From NCBI GenBank assembly GCA_021613535.1, contig CP075492.1, positions 10,974,001-11,038,000 of the forward strand: DNA of 64,000 nucleotides, written 5' to 3'. A model generated the notes under the pieces. The model was given only the letters and a program-made list of their open reading frames with translations. It was not told the DNA's origin and did no database searches. Shown piece after piece: positions 1-14,110 of this stretch; positions within the stretch are counted from its first letter, which is position 1; each line of letters starts with the position of its first letter. The DNA comes from Adineta vaga. Taxonomy: Eukaryota > Animalia > Rotifera. The translations under genes and the position numbers were made by a program.

Positions 1-2231
1 GTTATTGAAAGTCAATATATATTTGACAAACGACGGGACTGATCAGAAAAGGTTATAGTCATGCTGTGTGCTATTCACTTGACCTTCGATACTGATACTT
101 GATTTGCAGTCTCTACCTGTTTGAATACATATGCGAATCATTTTTTGATGTAGAAAGCAAGTGATTGATATTTGATTAGTCAATTGTTTCTATATCATTG
201 ATTTCAATCTCATTTCAAATAGATTTGTTTCATATTTATTTAATCAAGTAAGATTTTCTATTCGTGATCATCGGTCAGTTGTTCTATGTAGAGCAAAAAA
301 GAATGACTTTAATAAACAGCATGCAACTCTGTACTTCCGATAAACATCTGTTGTCTACAAAGATCGTTTATATCAATATTAGTTAATGCGATCCATCGTA
401 TGAACATCGATAAATGACTCTTCCATGCACTTCGAAGATGAAACAGCATAATTTCAATAAAGAGATTTAAGTTTGTTTGCTTTCGCTAGAGGCAGAAAAA
501 CAAAAGAAGTAAGAAATGATCAGATAGAATGATAAGTCAGTTAAGATCAATCTTTGGCCTACGGTCATCCTCTAAACAAACGGTCTATGAAAATCTTTTT
601 GTCGTCTCTTTACGTATTCTTATCCAAATCGTGTGTTATCAGATATAGTTCAATCATTGAAGCGAATATCTTACATGCATTGACTGTCTCGTCTTCTTCT
701 GCTTATTTGAACGTCGACTCAACAAATATGATCGTTCGTTATAGTTATCATTACTATCAACTTTTATATACAGATTTTGTCATCCGAAAATATCTGCCTA
801 TGAACATCAGTGAGGTCGAAAATAATGATCAATCGTGATAAAGACAACGATTGAAGAGACGTAGTCAAGAGAGAGAGTAGGGGCGGTACGAATGTTTAAC
901 TAAGTATCGATCATTTAATTGGAATTGAATCGATTCATCGAGCGTGTATTTTTTCATAAACATCATTATCATTAATAAACAGTTCGTTTTTCTCCCTCTT
1001 TCTCTCTTTTGCAATTAGAAATGGAAGTCTGTCCGTCTTTACATCTATGAATATATGTATCTATCTATAAGTAGTTTTAGGTTATTCATTGCATACGATT
1101 TGCTCATCACGTACGTGTAAATTAGGCGTGAAAGACATATCTCATGTGAAAATGAAATAATTTATCTTCTCTATGTATATGTATGTCATATTGTCCCTGA
1201 ACTTTAATTTGTTCAGTGAATGTCTATGTACATTGTATGTATGTTCGAGGATTCGAAATTAATAATTCGAATGTCAGTATATCTCATCGCCTAGACATCA
1301 TCGAATTTGTGTCTACATGAACACATCAAATATTCTTAATCAAGTGACAAGCGATGTGCATATTATTGATCAGACAGATTTTCTCCTGTTAGCATTGAGT
1401 TATTGTTGTAAGAAGAGAAGTGTGCATATACATATGGTCTCCTTGATCATTGTATGGCATACACAATTAAGACATTGTCTTTCTTAATAGATAGATTTCT
1501 TTTACATAATTGAATAAGAAAAGAATTGACACTGCTTCTTGTCCTGTCTATCAAGTGTTATATTTCGCGAGACAACTACCGTCACTAATTTGATCCGATT
1601 ACAAAATCATACTTGTCAGTTGAAATACTGCTTGACGTTTCATTCTTTTTTCGTCATTCTTCACATTCGCTAGTCTTAGGAACAAAAATCAATCATCATC
1701 ATCATCAGTTAATCTTTACTCTGTCTTCTCTATTCGAACAGTTCGGATGCACATATATTCATTCTTCCGGAAAGGAAGTTACTTTGTATGAGAAGTATGC
1801 AATATACATACATCATTCTTTCTTTGTTCTCGAACTTATTTACAAGCGTCAAACGAGACAAAGAGAGAGACAGAGACATCACAAATGCATTGTAAGGAGA
1901 TGAACATTAACACTTGCATATCATAGCGATTATTAATACGAAAATTGGGTGGAGTACATCATCAAAAGATTTGTCTATAGATACACATCCGTTCGATATA
2001 ATCTTAACAATGAGAAGATATTAGGTTAGTCACCGAAATCTTTTCATATAAATATAACATCACTGATTTTTCTTCTCTTCTCTTCTCCTCTTTTCTTTCA
2101 TTCTTTTCTTTTTGAGTATAATGAACTTCTTACTTCTTCATCGTTCTTTTCTTGCTGGAAAGAAAAGTATAACTTTTTCTTTAAATGTTTCCTTTTCTCT
2201 TATTTCTTTTCTTTTTTCATTTAGATTGCAT

Positions 2232-5200
2232 ATGGACATGTCGATAAGTCTATTTTTCTTAATTCTTCTTCTACTTATTCAATCAATTCATACTGCAATT
2301 CAACGTTTACCATCGATATCTCTCAATGAACAGAGTTCGATTGGTACATCTATTTATGATCTTAGTCGAATTTATCCATCAACATCAAAAAATCTCATTC
2401 AATTTGCATTTCTATCCGATTCAAGTCCACATAATTCATTTTTTATTGTGGATTCTCTAACGGGAAGAATTACTATAAAACGTATGATCGATCGAGAAGA
2501 ATTATGTCAAACACATACATGTAATTGTGATCGATGTTTATTAACATTAGAATTAATTGCATCATCACAAACTGTTGATATTTTATCATTAGATATTATT
2601 ATTGAAAATATCAATGATAATCGACCGATATTTCCTGTTTCCACATTTCAAATTCGTTTATCTGAAAGTACAGATATTGGACATGTTAGTTCATTTCCAT
2701 CGGCAACTGATTTAGATTATCAAGATCATTTAGAATATCAACTTGTTCCAATGAATCCATCCGATAATGGAACATTTACCATTGTAAATCTACAAACAGA
2801 AAATCAACTAGGTTTACGTTTATTAAAATCTCTCGATCGTGAACAACGAAATGTTTATAAACTGAAAATTTTAGCTAGTGATGGCGAACATACAGGTGAA
2901 TTATTACTAGATATTTCTATTCTGGATTCAAATGATAATGTTCCGAAATTTGAACATGAACAATATCATATTAAAATTCGAGAAGATATTCCTATTAGAA
3001 ATGAACTTTTACAAGTTCATGCATATGATAATGATGAAGGTTTAAATGCATTGATTAATTATACAATTATTACAGATAATCCATCGTCATCATTTCCATT
3101 TGAAATTGATTTTCGAACAGGAATTATTAAATTAATTCATGTATTAGATTATGAATATGAAACAAATTATCATTTCAGTGTTCGAGCACGTGATAATGGA
3201 CCGGATGCGATCAGTGTCTATGCACAAATTCAAATTGATATACTCGATGTTAACGATTGTCCACCAGACATTGATTTGATTTTACCGGATAATAATTTAC
3301 AGAAGAATCTTTTTCAAATTGAAGAAGAAAAAGAACTTCACACTCGTTTATTTCATTTAAGTGTTAGTGATAAAGATTCGAGTAATAGTAAAATTCTATT
3401 AAAATTATTAACCTATCAACATTTATTTCAATTAAATGAACAATACAATGATTTATATAATCTAATTATTATTGGTCGATTGGATAGAGAACAACAAGAA
3501 GAATATCAATTAATATTCGAAGCTACTGATCAAGGTAAGATTTGTTTGTTTATCTTCAATTCTATTCATCATCTATATCGTATATTATCAATAGGAACTG
3601 AACGATCTTTAACAACACAGAAAAATCTAACTATTCGTTTGATTGATATTAATGATTGTTCACCAATAGTTGATCCATTTCCGAAACCAATTTATGTTAA
3701 CGAAAATAATCCTCCAAATGTTCGACTGATTCAATTTCATGCTCAAGATTTCGATGCTCCAAATACATCGAATAGTTTGTTAACGTATTCACTTCTACCT
3801 TCGAATGATTCTCGATTCTTTCAAATTGATTCTCAAACAGGTGTTCTTTCTGTCGGAAATATTTCATTTGATTATGAAACGAAATCAATCTATCATTTGA
3901 TTTTAAACATATCCGATCATGGTATCAATCCTAAACGATTAGAAATAATACAACCATTAATAATTCATATCAATAATACAAATGATAATAAACCTGTATT
4001 CAAACAAAGTTTCTATTCATTTAAAATACCTGAAAATCTTCCGATTGGAACATTGATTGGTGATGTTAAAGCTTTTGATTTAGATACAAATTCGACTATT
4101 CAGTATGAATTATCTATACCGAATTATCCCAAAACATTCTATATTAATCATTTAACTGGTCAATTACATACAAAAACTTTATTAGATTATGAAACGAATT
4201 CTACGTATCGTTTTAATATTACCGCGAAAGACAATGATGGACTTCATTCTACTCATACATTTGTTATCATTGAATTAATCGATATAAATGATAATTCACC
4301 AATCATTGATACACCATCTACGATTAAAATTCCAAGTCAAATGTTACAAACAAATACATCTGAACTATTAGTTATTACAACAATCATGGCGAAAGATTTT
4401 GATTCAGGTAAAAATGGTAATTTAACATATACAATTAATGATGGAAATCAACATAATTATTTTCAAATGAATTCCTATAATGGAACAATAATAGCTAAAA
4501 CAAAGAATTTACCACAAGGACATCATCGTTTAACCATCAAAGTATGTGATCAAGGTGAATTGTTACAAAAATGTTCGACTATGATTGTCAATATACAAAT
4601 TGGTGAAAATGTCAAAGATTTATATTATTCTCAAGAAAATGTCACTGAAAAACAATTAGTTATTGATGAGAAAATTGTTACAAATGAAATGATTATTGTC
4701 GTTATTATATCATCAATATTTACATTAGTATTTAGTATAACAATGGGCATTTTATGTGCTGTTTTTTGTAAACAAAAACGATGTCATCATCTTCATCGAT
4801 CATCATTAAAAACACCATGTGAATCACTTCAATCGACGGATGCTGACAAACTTCTTTCAACAAATAATACAAATACTTTTTCTTCAACCAATAAAGTAAG
4901 CTGACTTACGGGGTTATGTCATGTCAGATAATTTCTTTTAAAGGTCATTCTTTTCTTTTCTAATCTCTTGGTGTTTGCTTTACCTTGAAACTATTTTCAC
5001 GCTTATGAACACTACAAAGTCCTCTAATCCTTCTCCATCATATAGACAAAGAGAAATAGATTCGTTGTTAGTTTATCTATTTATCAATGTCGGATAATTA
5101 TTAACTATTTCAATTAAATAAGAAGAATACTAACCCTGATAAAAAAAAGAAAGAGAAACGAACGATCATCAAGATTGTTCTAATAGCTTTATTAATTCGA

Positions 5201-5944
5201 TTGCGCAATGTATATGTATGTGTGGATAGTAAATACTTCTTTACAGCGATTAGCTTTCTTTCTTTCTTGTTCTACATCACGGAAATTAGTCGTAAAGAAT
5301 GTTGATGTGTGAGTGCATTTCTTACATATCGAAGCCAATTAACTTGAAATGATCCGAAGGGAAATGGCAACGACTAAAATGAGCAGAACGGGCATATTTT
5401 ATGCATGGATTCATATTTATTAAGTTGCATAATCTCTTTTGCTTGCCTTTTTTTTTAATAGAAATTGACTGGACACCATCTTCATCAACCATATGAAGAT
5501 ATTAATGCTTCGGGCAGTGCTGCAAGCTCGGAAGATAGTTGCTATGGAAGTAATGAATTATCAAGATCAAGTTCGAGTGCACATGGTGTAGCGAAACCTC
5601 TTCTCACAGAACAACATCGTTCAGGTAGTCTAAGTTCAACAAGTGTTGATTATGCTATACCTACTCCACGACAATCATCTTTATATCCAAATAAAACGAT
5701 TTTTGTCGCTGATAAATCATCTGATGATCATCTTCAACAAACGCATCATATGAAAACATTTCATTCGACTGGAATCTCATCATCAACTCATTATAACTTG
5801 AAAAAAACTGTTCAATCATTAACACGACGACCTATCGTTGGTTTACAGTCGACCTATTTACCATATGATACAATTGATACACCACCTTCTCCACAAAATC
5901 ATTCGCCAGCAACGAGTACAACATCGAGAGAATACAGTATTTAA
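2232..5944 (+). CDS. Delta-type protocadherin (signal peptide, 7 cadherin repeats, TM, cytoplasmic tail); exons 2232-3534, 3595-4895, 5462-5944
   Basis: Repeated LDRE/LDYE, DxNDNxP and AxDxD cadherin motifs (7 repeats); Cys-rich EC1 (DREELC...C); TM IIVVIISSIFTLVFSITMGILCAVFC; GT-AG introns 3535-3594 and 4896-5461 keep frame; CM1-like EDSCYGSNE in last exon. Confidence 0.9.
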
Positions 5945-7366
5945 AGAAAACAAAAACTTTCATTTTTCGAATTCTTTTCTTTTCTCCTTTGTTTCATATT
6001 GTATGCATTTTGAAACAGTGTGTTTTATCCTTTTAAAAGCAAATATATGCTCATACTTGATTGAATACTTTTCATTCTTTTTTTCTTTTTTTTTTATTAT
6101 TAAATATTGAAGTTTATATGAAATATGTAAAACTATGTTACGGAATATGATTGATGCTTCTATTGAATCAACATGCATAATTCAAATAGATTATTTTCTC
6201 AAATAATATTCGTTCAAGTGATTCGTGAATCCGCCATTTTGACATTCATTCAGTAAAATGGTTAATAATAACTGACATTGTTTTGATTTATGTATTGAAT
6301 TTAAAATGCCTATGATTCACTACACACATAATTTTATCAGCCTAAAGAATAACAAAGATATTTCTGAGCGTGACTATTCAGTAGTTATAAAAGAAAAAAG
6401 AAAGTTTTACCCTATGTGACAGTTTGATTTACATTACTTGGGCCATGTGTTTGAGGGAATGGGAAAAGAATTGTTGGCGGTATATTTTCATCAACATCTC
6501 GAGTTCTACGAACATCATTAGGTTGTGAATCATATGTATCTTCTTGAGGGTCTTGATCCATGATACGGAATCAAAATAATAGCAAAATATGATTATTTAA
6601 TTCAGCTCTAAAATAAGACAAATAATTTCTTCATCAATATATCCGACAAATATTAATTGTATTTTTTTCGATGATGATCCTAACATTATATCCAAGATTT
6701 TTTTGGCTGAAACTGGAATATACACTTTGCACAGCGTACAAAAACCAGAAGAATCCCTCTGACGTATGAATGTTATTTTATCAAAATAATTTTCCATGTA
6801 TGGGTTTTATAGTCGCACACGCATTCTTGTATACTTTGTACTCTTGTTTTTGAAAATATAAGTAGACAAATATGTATCAAAATAGAATGTCGTATACAAT
6901 TTCAATGTCCTATGTAATTTATCCTCGTTAGATCGAGTTGATAGACTTTATAACAATGTCTATCATTTTGTCGAACACTAATTATAATCAGTTTTCTCGT
7001 AGGACTTTGTATATAAGATAAATTACCATCTTTTTCATTGTTTGAAGACAAGATTCAGAATAATTAGTCATATCCTACATTCATTGATCATGTATAACAT
7101 CATTGACTTTTGTTGAGATCTCAAAAATTCAAATCAGATTGATTCAATTCATCATGATTATTTTGTAACTCCTATGAATTTATTAATATATCGTTTGTCC
7201 TTCGTACTTTGCACTATAATGTTATTTTGAAGTATCATCATAGTTCTTATGGACAGTTTTATTTCTTAGAATAACTTTAATTGACTTATTCTCTGTCTAG
7301 AGTAGATAATTAAGTATTTGAATAATATATCTATAATCATAAAAAATTGTAAAATTAATTTATTAT

Positions 7367-7760
7367 TCATGCGTCATCGTCACTATATGATGATTGATCG
7401 TCAAGATTACTAAGATATTTGCTTCCGTCACTTTCAGCATCAGTTTGATCTCTTGGATTTAGTCATACAGTACTGAATTTCATTTCTCCGTTAACATAAC
7501 TAAATCCACCACATGCAACACAATTCTGGTCATAATCAATACCTAAAACATTCTTTAGTCAATAATCATGTACTCGTTCTTATCCTGCTTCTTTTAGATT
7601 TTCCTCTGGTCGATCATCTGTACACTGTATTATTATATAGAAACTTTTCCCTTTGTGTCCATGTGCTTGACCATCTTCTACAAAAACAAATGCACAAAAG
7701 TGAACGATCAAGGTTGAAACGAGATGTACGACAGGTGAGTATTTCCATTTCTTCTTTCAT
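7367..7760 (-). pseudogene. Decayed coding fragment of unknown family
   Basis: One frame reads ...FVEDGQAHGHKGKSFYIIIQCTDDRPEENLKEAG*ERVHDY*LKNVLGIDYDQNCVACGGFSYVNGEMKFSTV*LNPRDQTDAESDGSKYLS...; protein-like composition with several in-frame stops. Confidence 0.5.
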
Positions 7761-8117
7761 TCAATGGCAAAGATACTTAAAATACTATTTCACCATCTAA
7801 AAAGATACTAAACATTGAAAAGATTTATACGCATGTATAATATATACTATTTTACTCCGAATTAATTCAATAAGTAAATAAATGATCGTCAATTGAAAAA
7901 ACGACTGACACGTAATTTGAAATTGAACGATTGAACAATGAGATATTTTTGTTAAGAAGCATAAGGAATAATTGCTTCTATAGTATAATTCAAATTATAA
8001 AATACATTACCAAAAGTTATCGACGCTTTTACTAACGAATGAAAAGCTTGTTTACAACATCCAAGACAAAATTAATCTTATGAACAGCTTCAAGAGATAT
8101 TTTCATCTTTATTTCAG

Positions 8118-8906
8118 ATGTAAAATCGTTTAATACACTGTAACTGGCATGACTATTGACGATATACACACTCGCAAATGAACAATACTTTACGGGATAC
8201 AATTCCAAAAGAATTTCAAGATTTCAAATGTATACATTGCCATGAATATGCCTTTAGACATGACGACGATACACAGAGAACAGCAGGATCAACGGGAATG
8301 TATCATTATGACGTAGGCAGTAGTACGTCACAATGCAGTCAATCACACAATTTACATCAAACCAGACGGACTAACAATATACATCCTCATGAATCAAGTA
8401 TTGATCAATAAACAGATTCCATTAAAATTGTTTGTATCGCAGATACACATGATGGTCGTCGCGAACGTGATCTTGATCAGAAACTTCGACAGATACGTGG
8501 AGATATTTTGATTCATGCTGGTGACTTCAGCAACGGAGGAACGATATCAGAGATCGCAGATGTTTTTCGTTGGTTATTTACATCGGACAACTTCAAGTAC
8601 AAAGTCGTTATCGCCGGTAATATGAATGGAATTGGTTTAGATGACAGTGACCGTTATGACGTGGATCATAGACGTTAAAGTTTAAGATCGCATACTGGAA
8701 ATAGTATTTATTTAGAAAATAACATGACGGATGTTCTAGGAATTAATATCTACGGCTGTTCATATACACCAAGATCATCACAAACAAAAGAGCAGCTATG
8801 AAATCAAATTCCAGATGGTTGTGATATTCTAGTTTCACATGGACCACCTTCTGGTATTTATGATAAACTTCGAAAAGGTTATCTGACTCAGTTTTTGATG
8901 TTTTGA
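8118..8906 (+). pseudogene. Pseudogene of MPPED-like (calcineurin-like) metallophosphoesterase with a degenerate N-terminal CCCH finger
   Basis: Single frame: IKIVCIADTH...GDILIHAGDFS...YKVVIAGNM...IYGCSYTP...L*NQIPDGCDILVSHGPP; stops at 8157, 8409, 8676, 8799; upstream C-NWHDY-*-RYT-H spacing. Confidence 0.8.
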
Positions 8907-11753
8907 AAAACAGAACTTCATTTGCGAAAGAAGAACTATAAGCAATGGATAGTTGATATTGAGACAAATCATTTAATATAAGAATATATCATATTAATGC
9001 CTGTAATTTGAAATTATGCACTTAGACTTTACATTAATGTAGCATTTCTAATCTAGTCTATCGTCGATCTTATACCACTGAAGAATAGAAAGAAATTTTA
9101 CAAATTTATATGAAACGAACAAAATGTATTTCTAATTTTTCTGATATAACCAATTCTGAAAGTTAAATAAATATGATCACATACATATTATTATTTTGTG
9201 TATGAATGTAGTAGAAAATTGTTATTGGATATTTATCCTAAATCTATACCGACACTTACACCTCGCAATATTCAATCTAAATCATAGTATAATTCATCCG
9301 TTTGCAACTTGCATAGTTGTAAATAACAAGTAGACACGCATCATGCATGGAATTCATTGTTTATTTATTGATAATTCTACTCTCCGAAATCTTCTTGTGT
9401 GACTCACTTGAAGAATTGAACGATAAGAATGAACTGCAATTGTTCATGAAACAAATCAGTTTTCAAACAACGATTTGTTCCGTTCATATTCAACGAGAGA
9501 AAGAAGTCTATCAAATGATCCAGATGTGTATGTCAATGTCTTAGAAGTGGCATTATTTTCCTTCGATAGTTCCAAAAAAAAATCATTCTACAATATTCAT
9601 TTGTTCATGTGTATCTGAACATCAAAAAGAATAAACTATTTAAGGTTTCACCTTTTGCTCTGCAACCATAAATGTACACACATGAAATTTTATGCATGAA
9701 TTCTTTCATGTATCTGATGAAATCTACGTCAATTAATCATCAAGGAATTGTTTTCTTCTTGCAACATAAGAATACAAAATACTTGAGAAGAACTCATTAG
9801 ATATATCTCTTTCGTCTCTAAATGTAGTATCAAAAGAATGATAGCATATATATGCGGCATTGATATATCGCAGCAAGACACTTGTTGATCGACAAGTCAA
9901 TATACGTCTCTACTCGAACAATTTGATTAAAAGGCAAAAGTATATAATCATATGTGTATATGATGTCACATTTCTTCAAGATCAAACGTTGAAGAATGTG
10001 AGTTGGCATGTGCACAGTAGGATATCTCGTATCTCTCTAATTATTTGGTATGAAGAAGAAGAAGAAGACGACGAAGAATGTTTTGAAATTAAATTGACAA
10101 AATATGTCTTCGTTTGGTTTTTTTCCCTTCTGTCTATTGACGCCAGAAACGAAAAGGTGGAGTCTATTTTGGCAATCGAATGTGTATATGTGTGATTAAA
10201 ACGAGAAAGAAATAGAATCATTTAGTAGTGATTGTTATTTTAAAATATTATTTTGTCTCCTTCACCTCACTCTCTCTCTCTCTCAGACATAAGGTATGAA
10301 AAGGTGTGGGTTGCCTTGAATAGCTATCGATGATTACATTTCACACATGATTATTTTGATATATTTCAATCAACTAGAAAATCTTCAGATTGGTTTTTTT
10401 TCTTGTATATGCGCGTCAAAGTTATTGTCGCCATGAAGTGGTTCGATCTTTTTCTTTCTATGAGATTGCATTACCAAACAAAAGAGAGTCACTTAGAGTC
10501 GGCACCTAATATCCACCAGTTGCAACTATTGTTTCAATGAGCTACTCGACAAAGTGAAAGGGGATGGTTATTGATCAGAGGGAGGCAATGATTGATAATC
10601 TTTTCCCAGAATGAATTTCAAACGTATGAGTAACAGCTGTAAGTTCCAGCGAATTCGTTCAACTCATCATTAATGATAATGAATTGTAAACAATGTGAAT
10701 ATCTCCAATAGGAGAAAAAGAATGATAAAAAATATTCTGACCAATGAATGCATATCGAGGTGAGAAAAAGGAGAGAAGGAAAAGGAAAAAAGAAAAATAT
10801 ATACATCATTTTCTATTCAAAGTGATATCACATAGACAAGCAGCAATACCAGTAACAATACAATGGTTCTATTACCATATCATTCAGTAAGTTAAATTAT
10901 AGTGAGATTTATCTAAATATAGACATGTATTGGATCTGATGTCTTCATTAAAGTTTAAAGTTGTCAATTGAAAATATCGCACTTTTATTTCTCGATAGAT
11001 AATAATCTTGCACACTTTCTTTGAATTATATGATGCTCGAAGGTATTATGATAGAAAGTCGATAAACTACATAGACGTGTATGAATTTTCTTTTTTTCAT
11101 TTGTCTATAATAATAATAAAAATATCGATATCTAAGATGAAGATGTGTTGTTGTCTAGGCGTGAAAATCATCTTTCGTAATGTGTTATAGAATACTAAAA
11201 GAAAGAAAACAGAGTGAAGATGTCATCGAGCGTGACAGAATGTCAAGCTTCGTTAAGCATAATCGATAGATCTAGATATCTTATAACAGAATTTGCTTCT
11301 TCTGTGGGTTTTTTTTGTAAGAAAAAAATTGAAATATATTCTATCCTTTACTTGTTTTTTTGTGAATGAATATGAATGTCATTGTCACTTAAAAGATTCC
11401 ACTATTCAACGTTTCCGGTAGTATTATATATTCTACTTGTTTGCGGATGCTGACCGTTAACCCGGATATTAGTTTAGTTGTGAGTTGCTTCTTTTCTTTC
11501 TCTTTAGTTATGTTACTACTAATAGCCGGAATTGATGATGAGAGTAATAGTAAATCGTTTAGAAAGAACGATAAAGTCTGTAACACTTTCACCCACATTA
11601 ACGTTATTCGATGATGGGATGAGTTTATTAGTAATAGCTAGTTTTTTTCCTTGTTCTGCAAGAAAAGAGAAAAAAGAAAAATCGTTCATCCAATCGTTGA
11701 TATTTGAATAGACAGAATTTTTTTGCCGATTGGTTTGTAAGAGTTTATATTCT

Positions 11754-11763
11754 GCCTGAGGGC
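11754..11763. promoter_or_regulatory. Putative AP-2 binding site (GCCTGAGGGC) upstream of the AP-2 gene, flanked by CCAAT boxes and a GA tract
   Basis: Matches GCCN3-4GGC/GGG consensus in an AT-rich background; CCAAT/ATTGG at ~11690, ~11729, ~11767. Confidence 0.35.
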
Positions 11764-12156
11764 ATGATTGGTCGAAAACATAGAACGACTGCATAGAGAA
11801 AGAGAGAGAGAGAGACAGAAAAAAAAGAGAAGAAGTACACTTAGCTCACTAGGCATATAGATGGAATTGTATGTGTTTATTTCTACCTAATCTAATATAA
11901 TTCTATTTATTTATTATTCCATCGTATCAATACAGGTTGACTTTTCTCTTTCTCTTTCGATTAGAAAGAAATTTTTGCCTTTAGCTAGAAATAAAAAAAA
12001 ACAACGAGCTGTAGAATATTATCTACACATATTTAATTCCATCATCAAGACAATTTATTTTGCTTCGGGTATTGATCGTTGTCATCTGTTGAACCGCCGC
12101 AGGATTTTGAGAACGACGACAGAAGAAAAAGAAACTATATTCAACAACATCTTCAT

Positions 12157-14110
12157 ATGCCATCCGCATTTGATTTAATTGATTCAGGCAGTGGTAGTGG
12201 TGTACAGATCGATGTAAGTTTGTCTTACGACTAAATAGCCTTTAGGGTATAGTAAATTGAAAACAAAAATTTTCGCGTCTGCTTTGTTCATTTATTTATG
12301 TACAACATCTATTTTACATTCTTGCATAAACAAATCATTAAATTAACTAGCAAGATCTGTTCTTTTTTTGTTCATTTCTTTTTTTTCATTTTATCAATGC
12401 ACTTGTCTTATTTATTACAGGATACAAAATATGCATCGTCACCAACATCATCATCATCACCATCATCCGTTGGTGGTGGACCATTCAGTAATTCAACAAC
12501 ATCTCGTAATGGACCACTAACAGATCCTTCATTTCCCTACTTTCCACCACCATTCAATCCAGCATTTGCTGCACAATTCGACGTACATGCAGCTGCAGCA
12601 GCAAATGCAATCGAACATTATCCTACGTTCAATTATGGTACAGTAAACGGTACATCATCATCATCATCACCTTATGGACCATCGTCAGGTATTCATCATC
12701 AACATTCAACTTCGAATAGTAATGCATTCAATTCATCACCATATGATCCATATGCATCTGCTTATGCACGTCATCATCATTCAATTCTTGATGTTCATCA
12801 TCAACAAGCAGCAGCAGCAGAACTTTATTCACGTCATTCTCAACATCATCAAGCATCTACTACTTCATTAGTCGATCATACAGCTCGTGTAAGTATAATC
12901 GAAATCAACGATTCAATTATTTGTCTCTTTTTGTCTAGATTCTTAATAATGGAAATGATTTACAAACAGGTGATTCACCTTATCATCGATCACCAACTAG
13001 TAGAGGTAAGACTAACATAGTTTCCTTCTGTAAATAATTTATTTTTCTACTCTAACAGATAGTCGTCGTTCTGATCCATCGCGAGATTCCAGTTCATTTT
13101 CATCGATGTGTTCTGGAAATGGTAATGGATCTCTATCACCAACAGATTATTTTTGTCAAGGTAGCATATTCCTTCTTGTATTCTTCAACATTACTTACAT
13201 TATATCTATTTTCAGTACCTGGTCGATTAGCATTATTAAGTTCATCATCGAAATATCGTGTTACTGTTGGCGAAATTCAACGACGTCTTGGCCCACCAGA
13301 AAATCTCAATGCATCATTACTTGGCGGTGTTTTAAGACGGTAAGAATTTTTTACAATAGACAAATGACATGTCATGATTATCATTATTATTTAGAGCTAA
13401 ATCGAAAAATGGTGGTCGAGATTTACGAACTAAATTAGAAAAAATTGGTGTTAACCTTCAAGCAGGTCGTCGTAAAACATCAACAACTACTCTATTAACC
13501 TCGTTGGTTGAAGGTATATAATCAAAACTTATGTTTTCATTGAACTATTTATTTTTCGCAGGAGAAGCACATCAATTAGCTCAAGATTTTCGTACAGTAT
13601 GTGAAGCAGAGTTTCCTGTCGAAATCACTGCAGATTATGTAGCTAGACACAATTCAGATCCGAACGAAATCAGTACACGACGAAATATGATTTTAGCAGC
13701 CAAGTAAGTTTTTCCTTCTTAATGGTACATAAAAAAAAACATTCAATTTCAATCATTTTAGACAACTCGTTCAAGAATTTGGTGATTTACTTAAACAAGA
13801 TCGTTCACCTGTGAATATTGCATCGTCAACGAATGGCAGTTCTTCAAATTCTCGACATACATCTAGTTCATCATTGATTTCTCATCATCGCCTATCGTCA
13901 ATTCCACCTACACTTGATCCATCCGTTCAACATTCACTATCAAGATTTTCATTAATAACTCATGGTTTTGGTGCGCCGACAATCACTGCTGCTGTCGATG
14001 TTTTTCAATCATTTTTAAGTGAAATGCTGAAAAATTATGAAAAAAACTATCCGATGTTTATTGCGACAACATCAACAAAAAACGGTTGTAGCGGTAGTGA
14101 CATCGATTAA
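12157..14110 (+). CDS. TFAP2: Transcription factor AP-2 (TFAP2 family), about 8 exons
   Basis: Spliced product contains [67 protein letters not shown] and [11 protein letters not shown]; N-terminal PYFPPP; first exon [19 protein letters not shown] then GTAAGT donor at 12214. Confidence 0.95.

Noticed and set aside
9100-12100. Several 60-110 aa ORFs upstream of AP-2
   Set aside because: F/L/I/K-rich translations typical of AT-rich noncoding DNA, often with non-ATG starts
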